Shown: in pieces, positions 25,206 to 37,950 of the stretch | Numbering within the stretch: position 1 is the stretch's first letter | Layout of the letters: each line of letters opens with the position of its first letter | NCBI GenBank assembly: GCA_038087875.1 | Contig: CM075995.1 | Span: forward strand, 3,474,001 to 3,538,000 | DNA: 64,000 nt | Source of the DNA: Malacoraja senta | Taxonomy: Eukaryota | Direction of reading: 5' to 3' | The notes under the pieces: model-generated | Told to the model about the DNA's origin: nothing | What the model saw: the letters and a program-made list of their open reading frames with translations, nothing else | Database searches by the model: none | Made by a program: the position numbers and the translations under genes

Positions 25206-28200
25206 CTGAACCCCAATATCGAAGCAATTACAATGCAATTTTAAGCAGACAAATAGCTTTTCTATGATAACCATTTGCAAAATATCAGAATTAAATACAA
25301 ATTACATTAGCACATGGATCATGTCATTAACTTATTAATATGTAAATACCAAATTAAACTGGTGCAGGAAGGAACTACAGATGCCGGTTTAAACCGAAGA
25401 TAGACACAAAAAGCTGCAGTAACTCAGCGAGTCAGACAGCATCTCTGGAGAGAAGGAATAGGTGACGTTTCAGCGATCGAGACCTTTCTTCAGACCTAAT
25501 GTGTGATCAGAAGAAGGCTCTCCACCCAAAACGTTACCTATTCCTTCTCTCAAGAAATGCTGTCTGACCCGTTGAGTTACTCCAGCATTTTGTGTCTATT
25601 GTGCCAGGTTTCATGACAAACTATTTTAAAGATAATTACGTTTCTCTCTGCAGGATAAATTGACTTTGATCATGGTTTGATTTGTATTAACCCATTAATC
25701 AGCCACCAAAAGAGTCGTGCCATTAAACAAAGCAATTGAGTCCAGATTGTGTGGGTGCAGGACTGAGTGTTAAATATTCAGGTATGTTCAGAAGGGCCAT
25801 GATTAAAGCTTTGCAACATGGTCCTTTTCTCAAGTAAATTATGTCCAAAATAATCACCTCAAGCAATGAAACGAATCTGTGTGTTGTGTGGGAAGATTAT
25901 TGATGCTTGAAGGGCAGTTGTATTCCCAATACTTTGGGAATTATAGTCACAAAATGCTAAAGTAACTCAGCGGGTCAGGCAGCATCTCTGGAGGAACTAT
26001 ACGGGTGACACGGTGGAGCAGCGGTAGAGTTGCTGCCTTACAGCGCCAGAGACCCGGGTTCGATCCCGACTACGGGTGCTCTCTGTACGGAGTTTGTACG
26101 TCCTCCCTGTGACCTTGTGGGTTCTCTCCGGGTGTTCCGGTTTCCTGCCACACTTCAAAGACGTGCAGGTTTGTAGGTGAAAATGGCTTCAGTAAAATAC
26201 ATTTGTAAATTGACCCCCTTGTGTGTGTAGGATAGCGTTCGTGTGCGGGGATCGCTGGTTGGCGTGGACTCGGTGGGTCGAAGGGTCTGTTTCCATGCTG
26301 TATCTCAAAAACTAAAAGAAAACCTAAAAAGAATAGGTGGCATTTCAGGTCGGAACCCTTCTTCAGACTAGACAAGTCTGAAGAAGGGGTTCTGACCCGA
26401 AACGTTGCCTATTCCTTTCCTCCAGAGATGCTGCTTGACCTGCAGTTACTTCAGCACTTTGTGTCTATCTTCAGTATAAACCAGTATCTGCTCTTCCTTC
26501 TTACATGGAGCATTTGGCTGCTGCACTATGAAAGCTCTTCAAGGATAAGGGTCTCGACCTGAAACGTTACCCATTCCTTCTCTCCAGAGATGCTACCTGT
26601 CCCGCTGAGTTACTCCAACATTTTGTGTCTATCGTCAAGGAATGCCTACTTTGAAGAAGTTCTCCTCATTTCTCGGACAGGAGCTCTGCAACACCCTCTC
26701 TCATCACTCCCCCTCTATGATTCCATCTTCGTCCGTAAAAGAGTGCTGACCCGAAACATCACCTATTCCTTTTCTCCAGAGATGCTGCCTGACACATTGA
26801 GTTACTCCAGAATTTTGTGTCTACCTTTGGTATAAACCAGCATCTGGAGTTCCTTCCAACACCCTTTGGGGATGTCGTCTGTTTAAATCAACCACTGGTT
26901 AATTAGGGAAGATTATTTCAGAATTTTATGGGCACTAACTCTCTGTGTCTGGAACCAGAGAACAAAGCCTCAGAATAAAAGAATATTCCTTCAGGAAAGA
27001 GATGATGAGGAATTTCTTTAGTCAGAGGGTGGTGAGTCTGTAGCATTCATTGCCACAGATGGCAGAGGAGGACAATTCAATGGATATTTTTAAGGTGGAC
27101 ATTGATAGATTCTTGATTTGTAAGGATGTCAGGGGTTATGGGGAGAAGGCAGGACAATGGGGTTAAGAGGGAAAGTTAGATCAGCTATAATTGAATGGTG
27201 GAGTAGTCTTGATGGGCCGAATGGCCTAATTCTGCTCCTGTCACTTATGAACCTATGATAAATATCGATTGGGTAGCAGGGTTAAAGACAAACTCTTGTT
27301 CCTCTTGGCGGCACAGTGGGGCAGCGGTAGAGTTACTGCCGTACAGCGCCAGAGACCCGGGTTCGATCCTGACTACGGGTGCTGTCTGTACAGAGTTTGT
27401 ACGTTCTCCCCCTGACCTGCTTGGGTTCTACTCCACCATTCACTCCAAAAAAGTACTAGTTTGTAGGTTAGGTACACAAAAATGCTGGAGAAACTCAGCG
27501 GGTGCAGCAGCATCTATGGAGTGAAGGAAATATAGTTTGTAGGTTAATTGGCTTGGCTAATTGGCTAATTATCCCTAAGTGTGTGTAGGGTAGTGTTAAC
27601 GTGAGGGGATCGCTGGTTGGCGCGGACTCGGCAGCCGAAGGGCTTGTTTCTGCGCTGTATCTTCAAACTAAACTAAACTAAACTAGGATTCCTGTGGCTG
27701 AATGCCAACATATTTCCCTTCTGTTCCATTTGGGGAGTTTCGGTTAATACTCCTCAGTACCACGAGCCACTTTTCCCTCATACCACAGACTCTCCCGCGG
27801 GTGATGCAAAATGATAAACATTATTAGTGCATTCGACATGCTTATGTTCAGTTACTGTGAGGTTGCATATGTTTTTAATTCACTTTGACATCATAATCAC
27901 AATAATAATCTTGTACCACTTTCTGTATTACTGGAAACTATTTGGATCGTACGGAAATCTTTCCGACTCCAAATGAAATGCAAAAATGTTACATAACAAT
28001 ATTAAATATAGGTATATTCAATATCATAATTAAGTGGAGCTAAAAAGCAATCCATTTTTCAAAGGGGCATTGATTACAACAATATCGTAGACAAAATTTG
28101 ATCTTCACTTCCATTAATCAAATGTTTTAGTCTCAAGGCTGCTCAAGTTAATTCTCAAGAAGTAACTCGGAGAAGCATACCACTAATTAGAATTAAATAC

Positions 28201-28554
28201 GGAGCATAGAAGAGAGCAACACAGGAACAGGCACTTCAGCCCAAAATATCCATGCTGAACGTAATGCCAAGATAAACACATCTCCCCAGCCTGTACATGA
28301 AGCAGTAGCATCAATCAGTGTGCAATGCATGTTTAGGAATGCACTGCAGATGCTGGTTTAAACCTCAGATACACACAAAAAGCTGGAGTAACTCAGCAGG
28401 ACAGGCAGCATCTCTGGAGAGAAGGAATGGGTGACGTGTCGGGTCGAGACCATTCTTCAGACTGGAGAAGAGACTCGACCTGAAATGTCACCCATTCCTT
28501 CTCTCCAGAGATGCTGCCTGTCTCGCTGAGTTACTCCAGCTTTTTGGTGTCAAT

Positions 28555-28749
28555 CTTCTTCTTCTTTTCGTGTCCTTCTTGTTACAAATGTTGAACTCGC
28601 TGTCGTCGTCCATCCTGAAAAGGACACAAGCTTCCGGCGACAATCAGTGGAAGCCATCACTTGTTGTAGTAGATGATGGTGGTAGCAGAATTAGCTGAGG
28701 ATACTTCCAGTTTCCAGCCCCGCGACATGGACGCTTCTGCTATGGGGCC
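28555..28749 (-). mobile_element. Short retroposon headed by an HDV-like ribozyme (family B)
   Basis: On the minus strand it begins at the ribozyme G1 and ends GACACGAAAAGAAGAAGAAG. No clean TSD of its own. Confidence 0.75.
28683..28749 (-). ncRNA. HDV/CPEB3-like self-cleaving ribozyme
   Basis: GGCCCC A TAGCAGAA GCG TCCATGT CGC GGGGCT GG AAA CTG..CAG CTAA TTCTGCTA: 6-bp P1 with G.U, 8-bp P2, P3, CC/GG P1.1, short P4, catalytic C in GCTAA. Confidence 0.9.
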
Positions 28750-29772
28750 TGTTTCTATTTGCAATGCATGTTTGCCATAACTGCACATTTGACATGAAGA
28801 AACAGTATTGATCCTAACCACAAAATCTGAAAACAGGAAGATAAGTTCTTCATGAAGATAGGTTCACCAGGTTAATTCCCGGGATGTCAGGACTGACATA
28901 TGACGAAAGAATGGGTCGACTGGGCTTATATTCACTGGAAATTAGAAGGATGAGAGGGGATCTTAGGTACACAAAAGTGCTGGAGAAACTCAGCGGGTGC
29001 AGCAGCATCTATGGAGCGAAGGAGATAGGCAACGTTTCGGGCCGAAACCCTTCTTCAGACGAGATATAAAATTCTTAAGGGATTGGACAGGCTAGGTGCA
29101 GGAAAAATGTTCCCCATGTTGGGGGAGTCCAGAACCAGGGGTCACAGTTTCAGTATAAGGGGTCGGCCATTTAGGACTAAGGTGAGGAAAAGCTTTTTCA
29201 CCCACAGAGTTGTGAATCTCCACTTCTGTGGAGTTCTCTGCCACAGAAGGCAGTGGAGGCCAATTCACTGGATGGTTTCAAGAGAGAGTTCGATATAGCT
29301 CTTCGGGCTAATGGAATCAAGGGATATGGGAAGAAGGCAGGAACAGGGTACTGATTTAGGATGATCAGCCTTGATCATATTGAATGGCAGTGCTGGCTCG
29401 AAGGGCCTAATGGCTTACACTTATTTTCTATGTTTCTATAAAGGCCTGACACTTAAACGCACTTACCCCTGCTCACACTGGTGCACAACCAACCATTGAA
29501 TCTTCATTTGTAGACTTGCTTCAATTTTTGGTGAGGCAAGTGGGAGAACAGAAGGGAGTAGAACTGTCCGGCACAGGAACCACCAACATTTCCCCCTAAT
29601 GTTCATATCCACAGTAATAAACATGATGATGTATTGAGACATGGACAGCACCCTCTGTCATTCTGCCGTTGCTGGCTTGAGCACTTCAGATGTAGGGGAG
29701 GATGTTCCTTGGAAAGCTAGGGCGACACGGCAGCGGCGCAGTGGTAGAGTTGCTGCCTTACAGCGCCAGAGA

Positions 29773-30630
29773 GAGATTAGAGAGATTCCTTTATTTGTCA
29801 TTCAGACCTTTCGGTCTGAACGAAATTTCGTTGCCTGCAGTCATACATATAATAATAAATAACAAAACACACAATAAACACAAATTAACATCCACCACAG
29901 TGAGTTCACCAGGCACCTCCTCACTGTGATGGAGGCAAAAGTCTTCAAGTCTCTGTCTCTTCCCTCCTTGTTCTCCCTCTGCGCTGAGGTGATCCAGGCT
30001 TCTGATGTTGTGACCCCACCGGGTGATGGTAAGTAAGGCAATCCCGCGGCTGAATCCGTGCTCCGTCCGCGACGGGCCGGTTCAAACTCCGCGGCCCGGG
30101 TTGGCCGAAGCTGCCGAAGCTGCCGCCCTCCAGTCCAGCGGACGCAGCTGTAGTTGCGGGAGCCCCAGAAAAACAGGTCACCAACCTGTGACCTGCGCGC
30201 TCCCGAAGATGTCGTCCACTGGGCCAGCCGCGGCCGAGCCCCGGATTCAGGTCGCCACCAGCGTCCTCGGTCACCACCGCCAGAACGCCACCGCAGCCCC
30301 GAAGCCGGCCAGCCCCGCGCTGGTAAGTCCTGGCTCTGCCTCCGGAGCCTCGAGGTCGGTCGGTCGCTCGCAGTTGGAGTTGGAGGCCGGCAGCTCCGCC
30401 ATTAGGCCTCGGCGCAGACGGAGGCAGATAAGGGGGATACGAGAAGAAAAAGTCGCATTCCCCCGAAGGAAGAGACAAAAGTCATGTTTCACCTCCCCAC
30501 CCCACACATACACAACCCAATAAACTAAAATTTAACTAAAACAGGACAAAAGAAAACAACAAAAAAAGTAAAAACAGACGGACTGCAGGCGAGCCGCTGC
30601 TGTACGACAGCGCCGCCGCTGCTGTACGAC
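29773..30630 (-). mobile_element. GC-rich non-autonomous retroelement inserted in a SINE
   Basis: Splits a SINE at CAGCGCCAGAGA|CCCGGG. Minus-strand 3' end is AATAAA plus a microsatellite. Same architecture as 50517-51352. Confidence 0.65.
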
Positions 30631-33600
30631 AGAGACCCGGGTTCGATCCTGACCAATGCTGCTGTCTGTATGGAGTTAGCACATTCTTCTCATGACCTTG
30701 TGTGGGCTTTCTCCGGGTACTCCGGTTTCCTCCCACACTCCAAAGACTACAGGTTTGTAGGCTAATTTGGCTTTGGTAAAATTGTAAATTGTCCCGAGGG
30801 TAGTGTGCGGGGATCACTGGTCGTTGCGGACTCGGTGGGCCGAAGGGCCCGTTTCCGCGCTGTATCTCTAAACTAAACCGAACTACTGCTTTAACAGCTT
30901 TCATCATGATTATGTGTGAAGATTCATGTTTTATGCTCAAGGCTTGAAGTTAAATGAGGTTACTTCAATAACTGTGGTGGAGGTTTAGCATTCATAACAC
31001 ATCATCTGATTAAGAACATCAGTGACCTCCAGTGACCTCCAGTGAAACTGGCAAGGTTCCCGTATGCAAAACCACTTTGTCATGTGTATCCATATGCTCT
31101 ATTATTTCCACTCTGAACGGTCTTCAGTCCTTGTTGGGTGAACCCATTGGGTTGAATGCACCCATTGCGTGAAGAATGCTGCCTGGATTAGAGGGTATTA
31201 TCTATAACGAGACGTCATTAGGTCATGAGGAATAGGAGTAGAATTAGGCCCTTTGGTCCATTAAGTCTACTCTGCCATTTAATCATGGCTGACCTATCAC
31301 TCCTTAAGGTGGAGATTGACAGATTAATATGTGTGTCAGGGGTTATGGGGAGAAGGCAGGAGAATGGGTTTGAGAGGGAAAGATAGATCAGCCATGATTG
31401 AATGGCAGAGTAGACTTGATTGGCCAAATGGCCTTATTCTGCTCCTAGAACCTATGAATATTTCGGGTCAGGGTCTGAAATTGGGTTCCAACCTGAAACG
31501 TCACCCATCCTTTTTTTCCAGGAGTGCTGCCCGTCCAGTTGACTTACTCTAGCACTTTATGTTAAATTGTATTCCAGTGCCCTCTACTGGATATTTGCAC
31601 TGTGTAGGAAAGTTTAGGGTGCGGTGATGGCCAGGATGGGTCATCTATTCGCTGGGGACCACAAAGATGATCGAAGTGTGGTAATATAATCGCCCCTTTT
31701 AACAGGCAGTCTTATCCTAAGAACCAAACAGTTTAATTTTAACAACTGAATCACCATGTTACAGCGATCTTATTGTCCTTGTTCTGAAACAAATACAACT
31801 CTATATACTGTAATTATGCTATCAACAAACAGTTCATAGAAACACATAAATCAAAGAACACAGTGACTCCAGTATTCAACAGACCAAGTTAATATGACTT
31901 TGATTGGAGTCATATGTTGGTACTACTGCAGAACCTGTAGTATGTAAAAGAAAGATATGTTTGAAAAGCAATGTTTATGGCTTTCAGCATTTCTAAAGCC
32001 TTTTTGGTCATTGAAACACTCTTGAAGTCGAATCAGGCCCTTTGGCCCACAATGCCTGTGCTGAAAATGATGCCAACCTAAGCCTATCTCATCTGACTGC
32101 ACATCTAATCCATGTCTCTACATTCTCTGCATATCCATGCATTGACACCAATTGACACTCTTGCAATAGAGGAACCAAGGTAATGTTTCGGAGATAGATA
32201 CAAAGTGCTGGAGAAACTCAGTGGGTCAGGCAGCATCTCTGGAGAAAAGTAACAGGTGACGTTTCGGATCGAGACCCTTCTTCAGACTGAGAGTCAGGGG
32301 AGAGGGAACCGAGAGATATGAAAAGGTGCAAAGAACCAATTAATGAAAGATATACATAAAAGACAGATCAAGGCCAGCAACGATGATCAGGGAAAGGTGG
32401 AGCCCACAATGGACCATCGTGGGCTGTGGGGAAGGTGATAACGAGTTATCACCTTATGAGTAGTTACCCCAGGTGGGACTGTCATATGTTGAAAGAATGG
32501 AGCGTCTGGGCTTGTATACACTGGAATTGGACACACTTGAAGCAGGAAACATGTTCCCGATGTTGGGGGAGTCCAGAACCAGGGGTCACAGTTTGAGAAA
32601 AAGGGGTAGGCCATTTAGAACGGAGATGAGGAAAAACTTTTTCACACAGAGAGTTGCGGAATTCTCTGTCTCAGAAGGCAGTGGAGGCCAATTCTCTGGA
32701 TGCTTTCAAGAGAGAGTTAGATAGAGCTCTTTAAGATAGCAGAGTCAAGGGATATGGGGATAAGGCAGGAACAGGGTACTGATTGTGGATGATCAGCCAT
32801 GATCATAGTGAATGGTGGCGCTGGCTCGAAGGGCTGAATGGTCTACTCCTGCGCCTATTGTCTATTGTCTATTGTACAGATAGTTAAACTCAGCAGGACG
32901 ACAGTGTAACTAATGTGACAACCAGGATGGGGGAGGGACAGCGAGGGAGGGAATGCAATGGTTACTTGAAGTTACAGAAATCAATATTCATACCGCTGAG
33001 TTGTAAACCCCAGATGCTTCAGCGAGTATGATCTAATGTATTAGCAGAGTGGCCTATGGTGCCAAGTGACCAACTTATGCCAACGTCCGATATTTTAACA
33101 ACTCATCCTGGTAGGCAGTGTATTTTGTGCAAGGTCACTGCCAGTGAACTGGCCAAGAAATTGTTGTATTGTTTTGCAAGATTTCAATCGATTCATGAAT
33201 GCAATTTGAGGAGAGAGACCTTCCATTCCCAGTGCAATGTCAATATGATTGACTCATACTTGCCCATTGCCTTGACAAGCCAGTTAATTATGTGCGTTGG
33301 ACAATCTATGTTGGTGTGGGCATCCTAAGTTTCATTTAGTTTAGTTTAGTTTAGAGATACAGCGTGGAAATAGGCCCCTCGGCCCACCCAGTCCGCACCG
33401 ACCAGCGATCGCCATCCACTAACACTATCCTACACGTTAGGAACAATTTACAATGTACAGAAACCAAATTAAGCTACAAACCTGTACGTCTTTGGAGTGT
33501 GGGAGGAAACCGGAGCACCTGAGGAAAACCCGTGCGGTCTCGGGGAGAACACACAAACTCCGTACAAAGAACTCCTATAGTCAGGATCGATCCTGGGTCT

Positions 33601-34406
33601 CTGCTGCTGTAAGGCAACGACTCCACCGCTGCCCACCATGCCACTGTGCCGCCCCTAAAAATGGCTTTTCTTCCAAAGTGTCCATTAAGAACAGGAGCTT
33701 GGAGCAATTTTGGGAGGTCTGTCGCCTCACTCCCTGCTGCACGAGGCTATAAAATATGATTTTACTTCGGAGTCACGTGAGTGATTCCGTGAAGAACCCC
33801 ATCAGTCAGCATGCGCGTCATTACATCTGCCGCATGGTGCAGCGACCAGCTCGGAGGGCAGAGCTCCTCCAGCGGTAAGTTTGAAAGCCTCAGGTAAGTG
33901 TTAAACTTAGTGTGAGGTTGGGTTCTTCTGCGCTTGTTACAGGAGGGCAAGTCCAAGCAGGGAGAAGTCGGTGCAAGCAAGGCGAGTCGTTTTGAAAATT
34001 ACCAAGCACTGCGGGAGTGCGGGTAGCGGGCGGCCGCCTGGCTCATCTATAGAGTCGCCAGTTGTTAAACCAGCGACTGCAGGCTTGGGCTCTGAGGATG
34101 CCAGGGCTACGCCGGTGGGGCGTACAGCCACCAGCAAGTCTGCACAGCCGATAGACTAGGACGAGTCCGGTCGGGAGGGTTCTCCTCCAGGAAGGGATAC
34201 CGTGTATGGGCGGTTATCCACGGTGGAGCACCTGTTGGGGAGGATGCTCCATCAGGAGCGCAGGTCTCGCCAAGAGCCAGCGCCAGCAGCGCCTATTACA
34301 GGGCTGCCTAATATCTCCCTCGAGGAGGAGGTGAGCGTACCTGGTCAGGATGAATCTGATGTCGACTCTGAGGGGTTAGTATTGGAGGCTGCCCCAAGGG
34401 ACGAAG

Positions 34407-35100
34407 GTGCCGGATGTCCCATTCCTGGCAGCGAGGTTTGCCGTCCCAACATATACGGGAGAGCCGCTGGGTGAGGATTTGGCCGCCACAATAAATTATC
34501 TAGCCTCACACCAGTTCCAGGAGCTCACTATGGATGCAACAGCTCGGAAATATCAAACACCGGCTAATTGTATTCTACTGAAGGTGATGAAGCTGCAGAG
34601 GGTACTGAAGCTACTGGCTTCCGGCATTACGCCATTTGGGAGGTCGGTGGATGGGGGGCACCTGTCTGAGATTCAGCATGATGCCCTGGCTCTCATGTGC
34701 AATGTGCACTTTGAGATAAACTGCCTTAGAAAGAGCGCCATCCGCCCTACGATTAATCCAAAATTCGCTGCCCTCTGTAAGCCCAGCAACGTCCAGCCAC
34801 CAAATCTTTTATTTGGAGAAGACCTCGTGCAGCGGGTGAAGGAATTGGACGACGAGGCAAAGACCGTGGGGCTCATTAAAGTGCCAATGACCGGCAGAAC
34901 ACCGCGGAGGCAGCACCCCTACAAGAGGTTTGCCGAAACCGGGGCCGGGCAAGGACCAAGTCGGCCATTCAATGTGCGCAACTGGTGCACTCCTGCAGGA
35001 GCACGAACAACTATGCCGTTTCCCACCGGAGCCAGGGGACAAGGAACTCCACCGGTAACCATGGAGGTAGGTGGGTCTGGTGCTTGTAGAAACGTATTCA
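34407..35100 (+). pseudogene. DIRS gag-like ORF1 remnant
   Basis: Motif LRKSAIRPTINPKFAALC...LLFGEDLVQRVKEL is typical of DIRS gag-like ORFs. It runs into the pol start PVGGRL. Confidence 0.7.
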
Positions 35101-35109
35101 GTGAGAGTT

Positions 35110-36560
35110 ACCTACCAGTTGGGGGGAGGTTACACTGGTTTCTGAAAGAATGGTACTGGATAACATCCGAATTGTTTATACTGCAAGCGATACAGGGGTT
35201 AAAAATTGAATTAATTTCTAATTTGTGTCCACCTACACAACATTCACCGAGGAGGGCACTTGTTTTCTCACAAAAAGAGAATTTGGAGTTTCAGGCTGAA
35301 ATTGAGAAATTATATCTCAAAGGTGTAATTGAAAAGGCAGTTTGGCAACCTCACCAATTCGTATATAATTTTTTCCTAGACCAAAGAAAGATGGGGGTAG
35401 TCGGATCATTTTGAACCTGACGGACCTTAATCCGTTTGTGCAGTATAGGCATTTCAAGATGGAAACTTTTGCCACTGCCAAGCAATTGGTTTCCAGAGGG
35501 TGATATATGGCATGTATAGATCTTAAGGATGCATATTACTCAGTGCCTGTTTATAAAGACCATCGGAGGTATTTGAAATTTAGTTGGATGAGGCAGTTGT
35601 GGCAATTTAAGGCACTGCCTAATGGGTTAACCTCAGCCCTAGATTATTTACAAAACTGCTGAAACCAGCATTGGGGCTACTCTGGGTTCAGGGTCATATT
35701 GTAATGGCTTATTTAGATGATATTTTAAAAATTGGGAAAACTCGGGAAGCAGCTGGGTTATCTGTTTCAGCTCTAAAACTCATGTTTGAGAGTCTGGGGT
35801 TTTCTAAGTCATCCAACTAAATCAAAGTTGATACCGGTTAAAGTTATTGATTATCTGGGCTTCATAGTTAATTCAACTCACATGTCTGTAACTCTACCCA
35901 AGGGCAAGAGATTAGATTTAATTGAAGGCTGCATCAAGCTCATAGCAGAGCAATCACCTTCAATTAGGCATGTGGCCAGCTTGATTGGCAAATTGGTAGC
36001 AGCCTTTCCAGCTGCACAGTATGGACCTTTGCATTACCAACACTTACAAAGGTCAAAGGTGCAGGCACTAAGGAATCATGCAGGCCATTACAGCAGACCT
36101 ATGCAATTACCAAATGAAGCAATTGCTGAAATTCAATGGTGGATTAGGAACATTTCAAATTGTTCCAGCAAAATTTTGATTGAAGCACCTTCAGTTGTTT
36201 TACAGACTGACGTTAGTGCCCTAGGTTGGGGGGCTACTGATACCATCTCTAGCTGTGGGGGCAGATGGAATGTGCATGAGGCATTTATTCTTCAATCACA
36301 TGGAATTAATTATTTAGAGTTACTGGGAGCATTTTATGGGCTTAAGGCTTATTGTACCACCAAGCATCACTTACATGTTCAGCTTCAGATTGACAACACC
36401 ACGGCAGTGGCGTATGTGACTTATATGGGTGGAATCAAGTCGCAATCTTGTGACAGATTGGCTAACCTTATTTTGCATTGGTGCATTAAAAGAAACATTT
36501 GGGTTTTCAGCTGTTTACTTGCCGGGCAGGTTCAACATGGTGGCAGACACCAGATCATGC
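35110..36560 (+). pseudogene. DIRS reverse transcriptase + RNase H (frameshifted)
   Basis: PVGGRLHWFLKEW start, then HFKMET, IDLKDAYYSVP, LPNGL, and MAYLDD at ~35704-35721. RNase H motifs LQTDVSALGWG, INYLELLG, DNTTAVAY. In-frame TGA at 35501 and several frameshifts. Confidence 0.9.
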
Positions 36561-37000
36561 AAATTCAATGACAACACAGAATGGATGTTGAATCATGAAG
36601 TATTTGATAATATTGTTGTTCGATATGGGATGCCAGATATCGATTTGTTTGCATCCAGACTCAATCACCAGGTGCCGAAGTATGTTTCATGGGAACCAGA
36701 CCAGGGGGCAGTAGCGGTAGACGCTTTCGCGCTACATTGGGGAGGACTGTTTATATATGCATTTCCCCCATTCTGCCTCATCAGTCGGTGCTTGACTAAA
36801 ATCAAGCAGGACTCCGCTTCAGGAGTTTTGGTGGTGCCCGACTGGCCTACACAGCCATGGTTCCCTCTCATTTCGGACATTATAACTCAGCCAATTATGG
36901 TGGTTCCAAAATGTCATAACCTATTGGTAAACCCTGTGCCTGGAGATCAACACCCGTTGTATGCTCGTATTAATTTGTTAATTTGCAGGTTTTCAGGAGG
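36560..37000 (+). pseudogene. DIRS DNA N6-adenine methyltransferase-like domain
   Basis: IDLFASRLN...DAFALHWGGLFIYAFPPF...VVPDWPTQPWFP: the Dam-like MT domain of DIRS1-group pol C-termini. Confidence 0.85.
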
Positions 37001-37950
37001 CCATACCTGGGTCTGGGACTATCCAATCGCACCGTGGATATCATCACATCATCCTGCAGGGATAGTACAAAAAAGCAGTACCTCTCTCATGTCAGGAAGT
37101 GGGAGGCGTTTTGCTTAAAAGGGAATATTATTTACCACACAGTTTCCATCCCAGATGTGTTAGAGTTTCTCTCCAAATTGTATTTTGATGAGGTTTAAGT
37201 TATAGTGCCATCAATACTGCCAGGAGTACTCTGTCATTGTATTTATGTTTGGGGTCAGAACTACAGTCTGTAGGAGCTCATCCGTTAATACCCGGATTTA
37301 TGAAGGGTGTTTTTAATTCCAATCCCCCCAGGCCTAGATATACAGAAGTCTGGGATGTCAGTGTGGTACTCACGCTGCTTCGACAGTGGGGTCCAGCCAC
37401 ATCCTTGTCTTTGGTAAAGATTACCTTGAAATTGGTTATGCTCATGGCGTTAGTGTCAGCGCAGAGGGTTCAGACTCTGCAGAAATTGAGACTGGACAGG
37501 ATGGTGTCATCTGGGAATGACGTTCTGTTCTACATATATGATCTCATAACACAGCGCAGACCAGGGGTGTCAGGAGTCAAGCTTCTACTGTCACCTTATC
37601 CCACGGATTTAAGACTGTGTGTGGTGGCGCACTTGTGGTCTTATATTGAGGTCACTAAGGGCCTCAGAGGATCGGAAGTACAATTGTTTGTTAGCCACAT
37701 GGGAAAGTGTCCGTCCAGACCATCTCAAGATGGCTGAAACAAGTATTGGTTTTTGCAGGAGTTAATACTGACAATTTTAAATCTCACTCCACCAGGGCGG
37801 CATCAACGTCAGCAGTGAGGGCAATGGACGTCCCTCTAGACCATATCCTCGCGGCCGCAGGATGGTCAAATGAACTGACTTTTCACCGGTTTTATAATAA
37901 ACCACTTATCGAAACCGGGGTGTTTGCCCATTCTATTTTAAGTTCTGTTT
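36983..37950 (+). pseudogene. DIRS tyrosine recombinase (split over three ORF segments)
   Basis: SAM-like N-terminal part (STKKQYLSHVRKW), then LVSAQR, HSTRAAST, AAGWSNELTFHRFY, consistent with the catalytic R...HxxR...W...Y residues. Stop at ~37196 and a frameshift near 37705. Confidence 0.9.

Noticed and set aside
29461..29651. GTAAGT donor-like site on the minus strand with a short ORF
   Set aside because: The translation does not resemble any ELMO1 exon or other protein I recognise.
36560..37950. Methyltransferase plus integrase as a possible phage or bacterial contaminant
   Set aside because: Both lie within the DIRS termini in the standard DIRS1 domain order and are flanked by host SINEs and other host repeats.
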